DNA of 64,000 bases from a virus, in the IMG/VR virus record IMGVR_UViG_3300027782_000037, positions 32,001 through 96,000 of that record; one strand, 5' to 3'. Positions within the stretch are counted from its first letter, which is position 1. The number at the start of each line of letters is the position of its first letter. The notes beneath the pieces were generated by a model, which made no database searches, had not been told where the DNA came from, and saw only the letters and a program-made list of their open reading frames with translations. The translations under genes and the position numbers were made by a program. Below are positions 8,635-17,848 of this stretch, one piece after another.

Positions 8635-9689
8635 TACCGTTTAGCCCGACCTATTCCCGCTGTATCTGGCGCCGGTAATTCTTCTGGAGGTGCTTCTCCT
8701 CCGGGTGCTTCTCCACCAGGTGCTCCGCCGGGCATTCCTCCTTGGTCTGAACCGGCTCCTTGGTCTTGACCTGGAAGTGGTGAAGGTGCCGCTTGACCAG
8801 TTACAATACCCAGTGCTTGATCCATTTGCTGTTTAGCTGATTGAATATTCTGTACTAGTCCACCCAAGGCTGCTACCGCATCTTGATTAAATTGCATTGC
8901 TTGATCAACACCTACTTGGTTCTTCATTTCATCAACCAATGCTGGTAGGTCTTTAAACTGCATACTAGATACTTCTTCCAACATTTTCTGAATGTCGTCA
9001 ACCATTGCTCTAGCTGCCAGCACTACCTGGGCTTGCTGAATTTCTGATTCGCGCAGTACATTATATAACTGGCGACGAACTTTTCTACTTTCTGTTTGTA
9101 AAGCTCGCTTGGCAATTAACTTTTGTTCTTTTACTGTCAATGGTAGTCCACGCTTAACTTTAGCCATAGCCATGTTAATTTCTTGAACTTGTTGTTGACC
9201 AGGAGCCGGGGCTTGTCCTGGATTTGACGCTGATACGGCTGCTTGCATCTGCGCCGTTTGATTACCAGCTGCCTGCTGAACATTCTGTTGTTGCTGCTGA
9301 GCAGTTTTTAACTGTTGTTGTTGGGCTGCTTGTTTTACAGCATCACCAGCGGCGGCGACTGAGTTAGGTTGCGGAGCAGTGACTGCATCTTGTTGTTGGT
9401 TCTGAGTAGCACCAACTGTTGAGGCCATACCTACGGTTGGTGTTTCTTGTACTTTGGCCCGTAAAACACGTTCCATCATCATTAGTTTTAAGTAAGTAGG
9501 ATTTTGCTCGCTACTATGAAAAGCGGGAGTTGCTCGGTGTTCATTTACCAGCTTGCTTACTTTTTTCAGCATTGTACGTGCTTGACGTGTTGATATTACG
9601 TCAACGTTGATGCTGTCACCGAAGTAACTTTCAAATACCTTAGCGGCTTGTTTTGATGGCGTGGTCGCGGCCAGTTCGAACAGTTTCAT
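8634..9689 (-). CDS. Probable prohead core or internal head protein (Gln/Ala-rich, helical)
   Basis: MKLFEL start; late promoter at 9713-9718 with SD; low-complexity linkers and L/V-x-E sites. Confidence 0.55.
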   Translation of the reverse strand: MKLFELAATTPSKQAAKVFESYFGDSINVDVISTRQARTMLKKVSKLVNEHRATPAFHSSEQNPTYLKLMMMERVLRAKVQETPTVGMASTVGATQNQQQDAVTAPQPNSVAAAGDAVKQAAQQQQLKTAQQQQQNVQQAAGNQTAQMQAAVSASNPGQAPAPGQQQVQEINMAMAKVKRGLPLTVKEQKLIAKRALQTESRKVRRQLYNVLRESEIQQAQVVLAARAMVDDIQKMLEEVSSMQFKDLPALVDEMKNQVGVDQAMQFNQDAVAALGGLVQNIQSAKQQMDQALGIVTGQAAPSPLPGQDQGAGSDQGGMPGGAPGGEAPGGEAPPEELPAPDTAGIGRAKR

Positions 9690-10137
9690 TATTAAATCCT
9701 TTTTGTTGATAGTATTTAGCGTAATTTACGCATTTTGTTAATTGTTGCTCCACCTGCTTTTTATGGATAATCTTAGTTTCTAACTTGGTTTCAACAGTCT
9801 CACGGAATAGCGAATTTTTACTGCGTTCCGCTACATTTGCCCGTGTGTTAATATCATTAGTTAGATCCATTAGTTTTTTATCCAAAATTAGTATATCTCG
9901 AGCTAAGTTATAATTGGAAAACTTAGCGGCTATACACCAACTTAATGCTGTTTTTGTGCTGCTAAACGTACCTGCATCGGTAGCAGAACAATAAACACGA
10001 CATACATTTTTTTCTTTCTTAATAACATATCGACCAAATACCTCATATTCACCAGCCTCATTTTGGAAAATAAGGTTAGTAGTTATGTTAGGAAACTCTT
10101 TCCTAAAGGCTTTATCAATATCCATGTCATTCATCAT
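9640..10137 (-). CDS. Hypothetical protein (start corrected to the ATGA-coupled ATG at 10137)
   Basis: Long ORF with a C-terminal coiled coil; the track's start overlaps the upstream gene. Confidence 0.65.
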   Translation of the reverse strand: MMNDMDIDKAFRKEFPNITTNLIFQNEAGEYEVFGRYVIKKEKNVCRVYCSATDAGTFSSTKTALSWCIAAKFSNYNLARDILILDKKLMDLTNDINTRANVAERSKNSLFRETVETKLETKIIHKKQVEQQLTKCVNYAKYYQQKGFNNETVRTGRDHAIKTSR

Positions 10138-10397
10138 TTTATAATATAGTGTGCTATAAAGTATCCTACGATTGCCACTAATGTTCCAATAATCCCAACA
10201 CCCCATCCGATTAACCGATCACTGTTTTTTTCAGCCATTTTTGCCAAAGAAACTTTAACGTCGGTTATTTCAGAACAAAGATGAGTAATTTTGTCATCTA
10301 CTGTGTTTATTTTATTTTCAAGTGCGTTGTACCGCTCAGCACATAATTCAACATGCGCTTCTAGACTTTTCTTCTCAATGTCGGTGGGTTCAACCAT
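10134..10397 (-). CDS. Coiled-coil protein with a C-terminal transmembrane helix (XhlA/holin-like architecture)
   Basis: Heptad pattern followed by LIGWGVGIIGTLVAIVGYFIA; late promoter 10416-10421 and SD AAGGA. Confidence 0.6.
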   Translation of the reverse strand: MVEPTDIEKKSLEAHVELCAERYNALENKINTVDDKITHLCSEITDVKVSLAKMAEKNSDRLIGWGVGIIGTLVAIVGYFIAHYIIK

Positions 10398-10418
10398 AAT
10401 GTTTCCTTAACAGTATAT

Positions 10419-10832
10419 TTAGCTTAATAAACTAAACCATATATTTTGATCGACACCATTAACTACTAAAAATGGGGTTATATTTTCGTTATTTCCCAGT
10501 TGTATTAACATGGGAACCCCAGCACAGTCGGATAACAGCATCTCAGTGGGGTTTTCCTCAGATCCGTATACATAGGGTGTATCTACTTCAAACCCAAAAT
10601 TCCATATGCTATCAGATTTTGTCGGGTTATCTAATTTTGCTATCTGTGTGCGCAATCCAATCAATTGTGTTACAGTTTCCCAATTGCGTTGTTGATTTCT
10701 TGCATGATTCCATGAGCGTTCATCTACAATATTCTTCCCCGAAACGTCAATAAACGGAACTCTCGAGGATTTATAATGCCCGGTAACCCCGGTGGCAGTA
10801 ATATCAAACAAAGTTTTACAAGAAAATCTCAT
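10419..10832 (-). CDS. Hypothetical protein
   Basis: 137-aa ORF, ATGA-coupled. Confidence 0.7.
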   Translation of the reverse strand: MRFSCKTLFDITATGVTGHYKSSRVPFIDVSGKNIVDERSWNHARNQQRNWETVTQLIGLRTQIAKLDNPTKSDSIWNFGFEVDTPYVYGSEENPTEMLLSDCAGVPMLIQLGNNENITPFLVVNGVDQNIWFSLLS

Positions 10833-11074
10833 TCAGAGTCTTTGGATAGTTCATATAGCATTTCAGCCTGCGTGCATATATCATTAAGTGATGGATTATC
10901 TCTTCTAGCATTAAATATTTTTATCCAACGCTTATATTCAGCTTTTTCTTTGTCAAGAACTTGATCGGTGGAAAGTAAATGCCGGTGTGTATCGCCAGGT
11001 TTACGGACGTACACCGTACGTCCTCCGTCCGGGCTTTCAAAAATTGTTATTTCAGTAATTTTGCTGACCATCAT
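10829..11074 (-). CDS. Hypothetical phage protein (IFESPDGGRTVY motif)
   Basis: 81-aa ORF after late promoter 11085-11090. Confidence 0.7.
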   Translation of the reverse strand: MMVSKITEITIFESPDGGRTVYVRKPGDTHRHLLSTDQVLDKEKAEYKRWIKIFNARRDNPSLNDICTQAEMLYELSKDSE

Positions 11075-11112
11075 AATATGTGTGTATTTAACTGATTAAA
11101 ATATAGTGTCAA

Positions 11113-11137
11113 CAAAAAGCCCCTTTCGGGGCCTTTA
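11113..11137. terminator. Rho-independent terminator
   Basis: AAAAA-GCCCC-TTTC-GGGGC-CTTT hairpin; the T tract lies on the minus strand after the 83-aa gene. Confidence 0.8.
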
Positions 11138-11138
11138 A

Positions 11139-11390
11139 TTATTGCTCGCTTACAAACAGATTAAGTTTTTTAGCTTCTTCAATAATCATATCCGTACTGG
11201 GAAAGTCTGGCATTGTGGGAAATTGCAAGGCTAACTGTTCTTCAGTAGGACCTTCTACTCCAACAAAGACTTCTCGTTTGGACATAAATTCGTCCATAAG
11301 ATTTTGTCGTTTTTGGAATACTGGCTCATATAATGAATCCTTGGCCAGCTTTAGTAATTCGAGACGAATCTCGTAAGGTGTTTTGCTCAT
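11139..11390 (-). CDS. Hypothetical protein (TPYEIRLELLKLAK motif)
   Basis: 83 aa; SD AAGGAGA; flanked by two terminators, so probably monocistronic. Confidence 0.8.
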   Translation of the reverse strand: MSKTPYEIRLELLKLAKDSLYEPVFQKRQNLMDEFMSKREVFVGVEGPTEEQLALQFPTMPDFPSTDMIIEEAKKLNLFVSEQ

Positions 11391-11464
11391 AGTTTTCTCC
11401 TTGTGTGAATGTGTGTGTGTTAAAACACGAGCAATATTACTTAGTCATAGAAAAGACAGCCAAC

Positions 11465-11488
11465 AAAAAACCCGCCTAAGCGGGTTTA
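11465..11488 (-). terminator. Rho-independent terminator after the 146-aa gene
   Basis: AAACCCGC-CTAA-GCGGGTTT hairpin with a T-run on the minus strand. Confidence 0.8.
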
Positions 11489-11512
11489 GTGTTTTTAAAG
11501 ATAACTTTAAAA

Positions 11513-11953
11513 TTACGCTGCTGTTGTAGCTGTTGAAGCTAAACGGAAACCAACGTCTGTTACAGTTGCGCCAGATGCATCATAGCCTGTACCAGCAACG
11601 TTAGAACCTAACGCACGGATAGCGGCTTGTAATGTAGCTGCTGTGTAAGCTGCTGTTGGGTATAAAGCCAATGACATGTTTGTAACGTTAGCGGTAGCAG
11701 CAACTTGATAAATTGCGACTGTCGCTGTCTGCTGAATAGTTTGCAAAATTGTCTGGATTGCTCCGTTAACACCGGCTTGGGCTGAAGGATCAGCACCTAA
11801 GTCTACTCCGAAGAAGTCCAGTTTTGGACCCATGAAGTTAACTGGTACACCTGCTGGTGCGTATGTTGCGTTTGCTGCTAACTGTGGGCCGTTAAGCGTG
11901 TCAGTTGCGAATACTGGTTGTGAACCACCTGATACTAATGGAATTTGTGCCAT
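11513..11953 (-). CDS. Probable abundant virion structural protein (Ala/Thr-rich)
   Basis: Own late promoter (11993-11998), SD AGGAG, strongly biased codons and own terminator. Confidence 0.6.
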   Translation of the reverse strand: MAQIPLVSGGSQPVFATDTLNGPQLAANATYAPAGVPVNFMGPKLDFFGVDLGADPSAQAGVNGAIQTILQTIQQTATVAIYQVAATANVTNMSLALYPTAAYTAATLQAAIRALGSNVAGTGYDASGATVTDVGFRLASTATTAA

Positions 11954-12032
11954 TTTAAATCTCCTAGTTGATGGACTCTGATGTCCTACTTTTATTTAGT
12001 CAGAATATGAAAAATGGCTATTATGGGTTGAA

Positions 12033-13583
12033 TTATATGTAGTTTTGGCGATTATTGCGTGTAAATTTAAACCGATCAACTAGTTTGCTGATCCCTCCCG
12101 GTGAGGCAACTACCCATCCTTCGTGGCCAGGTTGTTGTCTATCCAACTGCTTCAATAGGTCCATTTTAATGTCATGTAATAATACAAACGCTGTGAAAGC
12201 TGCGCCCATTCCATCTAAATTAGAACTGGGACTCTGCAGGTATTCTACAATATTTCTATATTTGCGTGGAGTTACCGCATTACGCAACCACGTACCAAAT
12301 CTTGAAATCAATGTATCAGCTGTAAACCCTTCTTCATGTTCACTCTGTATCACATTGTTTATAAAATCCACACATAATCTTGGGAGATCACTTATCTGCA
12401 TCTGCCTAAGTTCTGCCGGATTAAACAACGTATCGATATCATTACCATGCAACTCTATTATACTTCGTAGTTGTTTAGATAAATCTCGATCGGTGAGTTT
12501 AACATTTTCAGTTGGTCTAACTGGATTAATAATTGTTAGCCCAGGTACTGAATTAAGTTTTATATTACCAATGGGTTGTTTAGCGGCACCATGATCTTTA
12601 TAATAGGTATGTATAGCTACACCCATATGGCTGTTGGCTATACTTTCCCCTAATTCGCTATTTGTTGGAATTTTATATTCCACGGTATTGGGCTTAAAAA
12701 CTAAAGACCCGGTGTCTTCTATAGGTTTTTCCGAGTACAATAGATCACCATGAATAAAACCTCGAAACTTCGGAGGTACAGCTCGGGCTAATAAGGGCCA
12801 TAAGAGTTCATATATAGGCGCCAGATGTTCTTTACGAGTTCCCATGTCATCGGCATCTCTGCCATCTAAATGACTGACAAGATTAGCGGGATTAGAAAAT
12901 AACCCATCGTATGTTTTAGCATTATATCCGCTAACATCGGTTAATATAAATGCACCGTCTTGATCTCGGCCAAATATAATAGCTGGTTTTCCGTCCCATT
13001 TTACCGTCGCTGAATTGGGTGCATCCTTGGACAAATGTCTAATATGAGTAAGTGCATCGGCAATCCCCGCGACACCTTTTCTAAATACTAAATCTTCGAT
13101 ATGATCTATTCCACGTGTTCTGCCACCATGAATTTCAGGTAGATCAGATTCTATTAACTTCATCATACCCCGATTTACAATTCGATCACGCAATCTAGAA
13201 AGAAAATTGATATCAGATTCGCTCTGTGGATTAGGATTCTTTATAAAACTAAAATCAGTTTGTATAAATCCCCTATTAGGATTGCCATTAATCGGGGTTT
13301 TAAAATAGATCTTTGACCCTGAATTTTTTACATATTCTTTTGAGTTAAACTCTTGACTATCGCACCAATGCCGCAATTCGGCCATTAATTGATCTGGGGA
13401 TATCTTATTAGCGTCTATATTAAGTTCTAGTTTATGTAAACTATGCTGGTCAGCATTACTGATATTGTCCAGTAGGTTTAAATCAACCATGTGCTCAAGC
13501 CATTGCACCGTTGTCTTAATGTCCGTTTGTTCGATACGTTGGGTATCCAATTTTCCTTCATTATCGTTAAACACCAGATGCAT
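12033..13583 (-). CDS. ATP-dependent ligase-superfamily nucleotidyltransferase (RNA-ligase-like) with an extra N-terminal domain
   Basis: Motif I TVKWDG, motif III HGDLLY, motif IV HEGWVV, motif V SKLVDR. Confidence 0.6.
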   Translation of the reverse strand: MHLVFNDNEGKLDTQRIEQTDIKTTVQWLEHMVDLNLLDNISNADQHSLHKLELNIDANKISPDQLMAELRHWCDSQEFNSKEYVKNSGSKIYFKTPINGNPNRGFIQTDFSFIKNPNPQSESDINFLSRLRDRIVNRGMMKLIESDLPEIHGGRTRGIDHIEDLVFRKGVAGIADALTHIRHLSKDAPNSATVKWDGKPAIIFGRDQDGAFILTDVSGYNAKTYDGLFSNPANLVSHLDGRDADDMGTRKEHLAPIYELLWPLLARAVPPKFRGFIHGDLLYSEKPIEDTGSLVFKPNTVEYKIPTNSELGESIANSHMGVAIHTYYKDHGAAKQPIGNIKLNSVPGLTIINPVRPTENVKLTDRDLSKQLRSIIELHGNDIDTLFNPAELRQMQISDLPRLCVDFINNVIQSEHEEGFTADTLISRFGTWLRNAVTPRKYRNIVEYLQSPSSNLDGMGAAFTAFVLLHDIKMDLLKQLDRQQPGHEGWVVASPGGISKLVDRFKFTRNNRQNYI

Positions 13584-13818
13584 CTGTTTTCCTTACGGTA
13601 CGGGTAAATTTAGCTGGATCGCGTAATTTAATTGCATTAATTAATTTGCGAGTAAGGTTATCTGCTTGCTCTGGGGTATACGTCTGATCTATTTGCTCTA
13701 ATAAACGAATAGCCGATGAGATTATGTTATTGGCACGGTTTTCGATAACATGACGTTGATCATATTCGATGTATATCGAGTCTAATTCTTCCAATAAACT
13801 ACGGGTTTTCTTTTGCAT
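13567..13818 (-). CDS. Hypothetical protein
   Basis: 83-aa helical ORF after TAAATA (13839-13844) and SD AAGG. Confidence 0.7.
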   Translation of the reverse strand: MQKKTRSLLEELDSIYIEYDQRHVIENRANNIISSAIRLLEQIDQTYTPEQADNLTRKLINAIKLRDPAKFTRTVRKTDASGV

Positions 13819-13871
13819 TTTAATCAGAACCTTTCTATTATTTATTACTATTCCAAATATAAGGATCCGAA

Positions 13872-15263
13872 TTAACTACTCTTAATTTGTGATAACATTT
13901 GTTTTAACTTATTACTTTGCAATTCTGCTGTAATTTTTCCTGTTTCTTCTTTATTTTCAGTATCCACTACTCTGCTTTGTGTTTTAATGTTTTCCAGTAC
14001 ATTGGGACGCTTAAATGAGCTTACTGCACTTGCATCTTCGGGCAAATCACTAATTCTCATAGTTTCTACGTTGTATTCCAACTCTACTTTTTGGCCCACA
14101 CCAGTACTACTACGCGATTTCATACACTGAATTTGATAACGGCCACGTTCTTTCATAGCCCTGCTGGTAAAAATACCAAATACATTATCTGCTGTGTTAA
14201 TCTTACTAATACCACCAGCGATATGACTATGGTCAAATTCAATTTCTTCCACTGCGCTTCGATTTAATTGCGATGCCGTTACGAATAATACGCCCAGTTC
14301 TTGCGATAAGTTGCGAAGTTCTTCTGCTACGTATTTGTCCTTGATAAACTGATCGTTGGGATTTACTTTGACAGATACTGGCATTACTAAATCCAAATAA
14401 TCCACCATGACAAAGTCAACTTTAATGCCAGTTTGCACTTGAACTTCTTTCAAATACGCACGAATATCATTAACATTGCTTTGTGCAGGTAACGCCTTGA
14501 CACGATATTGACCAGCTTTTTTGCTAAAAACTCTAACTTTCAGTTCTGCTGAATCTAGATCTTTCCTAATATCTTTAGTTGACATACCGGATAACATGGC
14601 GTCAGTTCTTAATCCAACTAGTTCTTCACTAAGTTCCAGGCTAACGTATACACCACTTAACCCCTGTTCCAACCAACTAATAGCTATGTTCATCATAACC
14701 AAAGATTTGCCTGATCCAGATCCGCCTGCAAAGATATTTAATTCGCCGCGGCTAAATCCACCATATAATATTTTATCTAGACTTGGCCATCCTGTACTTA
14801 CTTGACCACCACTGTTAAAATATTTGTCATTTCTTGCTTTGGGGCTGGCAAAATAATCTGTTCCCATATCCTTCTGCAGGCTAATCTGCACCGCATCTTT
14901 AATTAATTTTTCTACCGGGGCATATTCACCTTTTTCCAATAAGTCGGCTGATTTAAGAATAGCTCGTTCAAGTTCCTGGCGTTGAGTAAATTTCTCAAAT
15001 TCTTCCATAAACCATTCTAAACTACCATCAGGTAGATCAGGAATCGCATTTAATTTTATCCCGGTTGTGGCTGATACCTGTGCCAGAATAGGCAAAGAAC
15101 TATGGTTAGCGTAGTGTTCTTTAATAAACTCTGCTGCCGGCCTAACGCTGCGATCAAAGTTTTCTGGGTTATATATATTCTGCACACGAATAAAAGATTC
15201 AGCATCGTGTAGCATCATCTCTAAAAATAACCGTTGTGTCTCAATTCCGTAGTCGTTTAACAA
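13872..15263 (-). CDS. Replicative DnaB-family helicase (T4 gp41-like)
   Basis: Walker A GGSGSGKS, VMVDYLD, TASQLNR, MKSR. Confidence 0.93.
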   Translation of the reverse strand: MLNDYGIETQRLFLEMMLHDAESFIRVQNIYNPENFDRSVRPAAEFIKEHYANHSSLPILAQVSATTGIKLNAIPDLPDGSLEWFMEEFEKFTQRQELERAILKSADLLEKGEYAPVEKLIKDAVQISLQKDMGTDYFASPKARNDKYFNSGGQVSTGWPSLDKILYGGFSRGELNIFAGGSGSGKSLVMMNIAISWLEQGLSGVYVSLELSEELVGLRTDAMLSGMSTKDIRKDLDSAELKVRVFSKKAGQYRVKALPAQSNVNDIRAYLKEVQVQTGIKVDFVMVDYLDLVMPVSVKVNPNDQFIKDKYVAEELRNLSQELGVLFVTASQLNRSAVEEIEFDHSHIAGGISKINTADNVFGIFTSRAMKERGRYQIQCMKSRSSTGVGQKVELEYNVETMRISDLPEDASAVSSFKRPNVLENIKTQSRVVDTENKEETGKITAELQSNKLKQMLSQIKSS

Positions 15264-16212
15264 GTTGTCTTTTCCTTAATTCAATTTTAATTCTGCTGGT
15301 CTCTTTAGATTGCAATATAGTTATTAATGTTGCAATCTTACCTAATTTTATCACTGCGTCATTTACATCTTTAATACCTTCTGGCCAGTCGGGAATACTA
15401 ACTGCCCAGTTTAATTCTACTGCACGATCCACTAATTCCATGCCCGCGATATCCTGATCCGGGACCACGATTATTTCTTTACCTATATTGCGTATTAACC
15501 TAGCTTGTGCATCGCTTACTGTATTATGCATTAATGCTAATCCGTCAATACTTAATGCATCAAATATACCTTCTGTTACGATTACATATTGCCAATCTTG
15601 TTGTTGCAGGTCAGTACCAAATACATATCCTGGCTGAAAATAATTGATCCATACCGGTTTACGATCATCTAAAAATCGTACCGTACTACCAACTAATGTG
15701 TTATTATAGGTAAATGGAATAATAACCCCGGTCCGTGCGCCCTTAGTTGAGCTAATCATATAAGGATAGTCAATCGGTGCTTGCCTGCGGCGTAAGTAAT
15801 TCCAAATATCTGTATGCTCGGGAGTTACAAATTCTACACCTCCCATGTCTCTTTCTTCAAAATGTATGCCTAATATAGCATCAGCAGTTCGTTGTCTATC
15901 ATCTATCATGCCCTCAATACTACGATGCCGCAGACTTTCTAATTGAATTCTGTCGATTTCTTCTGCAGGCACATTGAGCCAAGATAAAAATTTACGTGCT
16001 TTGATGCTAAGATTGCGTCCTAATATAAAACTAGCTGTAAAATTACAATTAAAACAATGATAACTCCAGCCCTCGATACTGCCTTTAAATCCGCCACGTT
16101 GACGCCGATCTACGCTTTCACCATTATGTATGCAACAAGGTCCATTAAATGACACCCAGCCTGAGCTGGATTGTTTTCTTTTTGCAGGTAAGAAGGAGAT
16201 GATGTCAATCAT
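15241..16212 (-). CDS. DNA primase (T4 gp61-like)
   Basis: Zn-binding CCIH...HCFNC; TOPRIM VTEGIFDA and VPDQD; KDVND; overlaps the helicase gene. Confidence 0.9.
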   Translation of the reverse strand: MIDIISFLPAKRKQSSSGWVSFNGPCCIHNGESVDRRQRGGFKGSIEGWSYHCFNCNFTASFILGRNLSIKARKFLSWLNVPAEEIDRIQLESLRHRSIEGMIDDRQRTADAILGIHFEERDMGGVEFVTPEHTDIWNYLRRRQAPIDYPYMISSTKGARTGVIIPFTYNNTLVGSTVRFLDDRKPVWINYFQPGYVFGTDLQQQDWQYVIVTEGIFDALSIDGLALMHNTVSDAQARLIRNIGKEIIVVPDQDIAGMELVDRAVELNWAVSIPDWPEGIKDVNDAVIKLGKIATLITILQSKETSRIKIELRKRQLVKRLRN

Positions 16213-16217
16213 GCTAT

Positions 16218-16247
16218 AGTTTAGCAGATGTGACTACGCTAAATCAA
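16218..16247 (-). promoter_or_regulatory. Sigma70-type promoter (extended -10), predicted leaderless, for primase-helicase
   Basis: TTGATT-18 nt-TAAACT, with TG at -15/-14, then 5 nt-ATG(16212). Confidence 0.6.
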
Positions 16248-16249
16248 CT

Positions 16250-17398
16250 TTATCGGTATAATATGTTTGTAATATAGCCAGTTGATATAATGGGAAATGC
16301 ACCTTGGTTGGCAGGGGGAACAGGATATGCCCCAGGATTAATTCCGCCAGCTGGAATAGGCCAGTAACCTGCGCCGCCGTCTAAAATATTAAATCCAGTG
16401 ACAACACCATATTGATTTATTATGGATTCTACTACAGCACCAGATCCATTGCCCAAAATATCAACCTTAGGCGGGGCCAGATATCCAGCGCCACCATTTT
16501 GCACTACCATGCCGGTTAATACACCGTCGGTACAGACAGCATACGCCGATGCCGGAATCCCTGGAGGATTTGGAGTAGAGAAAAGACTATTATTAAAACA
16601 TAGTCGAAGTAATGGATACCATCCATATACGTTCATATGAATGGTGCCGGTTTTGTTCAAGTAAGTAGTAGATTCTGTGACGTTAATCCAAATACTTTCG
16701 TAATTTTGCGCCCATTGTGCTTTGATGGTTCCGGTATACCCTATCAAGTCCAGTTGAATTGTAGTTATAAAGTTTCTGGGTTCGATAAAACTTGAGAAAA
16801 ATTCTGTATTCTGATAGTTGTTGAAGAACATACTGCCATTTCCACCATAATACCAATTACCGGCCCACCCAGGATAATTTTGATATCCTGCGCCATCCAA
16901 TGAAGTCTGCGCACTTATTTTTATAGTGGGTACTGTACATGGGATAGATGGTACAAATCTTGGGAAAACAGAGTTAACTAAATCAATTGGCGCACGAGCT
17001 CCGGCTTGTGCATTTGTAAATACTGCCTGATTTAGATTGCCACTTTGCACGCTAATAGAATAGTTAGCAGGTTGAGCTACTAACTCCAGTGTATCCTGTG
17101 CCGGAACATATACTTTCACTTGCCCAGTTGCAGCATTGAGTATGGTCATTGGTTCTTGTAATAACAGAACTGTTCCAGCAGTATTTGTCACACGAAACGT
17201 AAAGGTACACCCGTTTACATTAACCGGCTTCTCATCCTGGTTAACAAAGGAAAATAGGAGTACATTATCTACCCCTAAATTAAGAGTTAGTCTTTTAGCG
17301 TACACAGGGTCGTACCTCATAGAAAAGTATTGCCCACTGCTGTCGAGCAATAGCACTTGTGTTCGTTGCTGATAAAGGTAAGCGGTGGTTGAATACAT
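16250..17398 (-). CDS. Virion structural protein (baseplate-like, beta-rich)
   Basis: BppU-like N-terminal Ig-type region, NGGAGY..PP.V repeats; late promoter at 17405-17410. Confidence 0.6.
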   Translation of the reverse strand: MYSTTAYLYQQRTQVLLLDSSGQYFSMRYDPVYAKRLTLNLGVDNVLLFSFVNQDEKPVNVNGCTFTFRVTNTAGTVLLLQEPMTILNAATGQVKVYVPAQDTLELVAQPANYSISVQSGNLNQAVFTNAQAGARAPIDLVNSVFPRFVPSIPCTVPTIKISAQTSLDGAGYQNYPGWAGNWYYGGNGSMFFNNYQNTEFFSSFIEPRNFITTIQLDLIGYTGTIKAQWAQNYESIWINVTESTTYLNKTGTIHMNVYGWYPLLRLCFNNSLFSTPNPPGIPASAYAVCTDGVLTGMVVQNGGAGYLAPPKVDILGNGSGAVVESIINQYGVVTGFNILDGGAGYWPIPAGGINPGAYPVPPANQGAFPIISTGYITNILYR

Positions 17399-17467
17399 AC
17401 ATCTTATTTAGCTAAATTTTGAAAGATGTTTTTGAACATAAATATTCAGAAGCGATAACTACATTAG

Positions 17468-17848
17468 ATGAACAAAGAAATCTTTGAAAAACTAACCGAA
17501 AAATATCCATTTATAACTCTATGCGTATACTCTACTCAGGAATATGTAGGGATAATACAAAACCGTGATGATGCGATTACCACTATGTACGACTTTGGTA
17601 GTATCATTGACATGGAAGCTAAAAAGCTATTTTTAGAACTAGCCAATGTTTGGTGGTGGGAAAGTAACAGAAGTATCCCCATTAATATATTCCTTAAAAA
17701 AGAATGGGAACCATTCAGGGGCTATATTCGTACTTTTGTTAACAAGGACCTTGAAATAATACATGGTCCGATATGTAGTCTAGCAGAATTAGCCCGCAGC
17801 AAATCAAAACGTAGATCTATTACACTTGTTCGACGGATGCCGGACTAG
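17468..17848 (+). CDS. Hypothetical protein, divergently transcribed
   Basis: 126-aa ORF (WWWESNRSIPINIFL) after + strand TAAATA at 17439-17444. Confidence 0.75.
   Translation: MNKEIFEKLTEKYPFITLCVYSTQEYVGIIQNRDDAITTMYDFGSIIDMEAKKLFLELANVWWWESNRSIPINIFLKKEWEPFRGYIRTFVNKDLEIIHGPICSLAELARSKSKRRSITLVRRMPD

Noticed and set aside
10134-10397. Lysis cassette
   Set aside because: The architecture is holin-like, but no endolysin or spanin is adjacent, so the function cannot be assigned.
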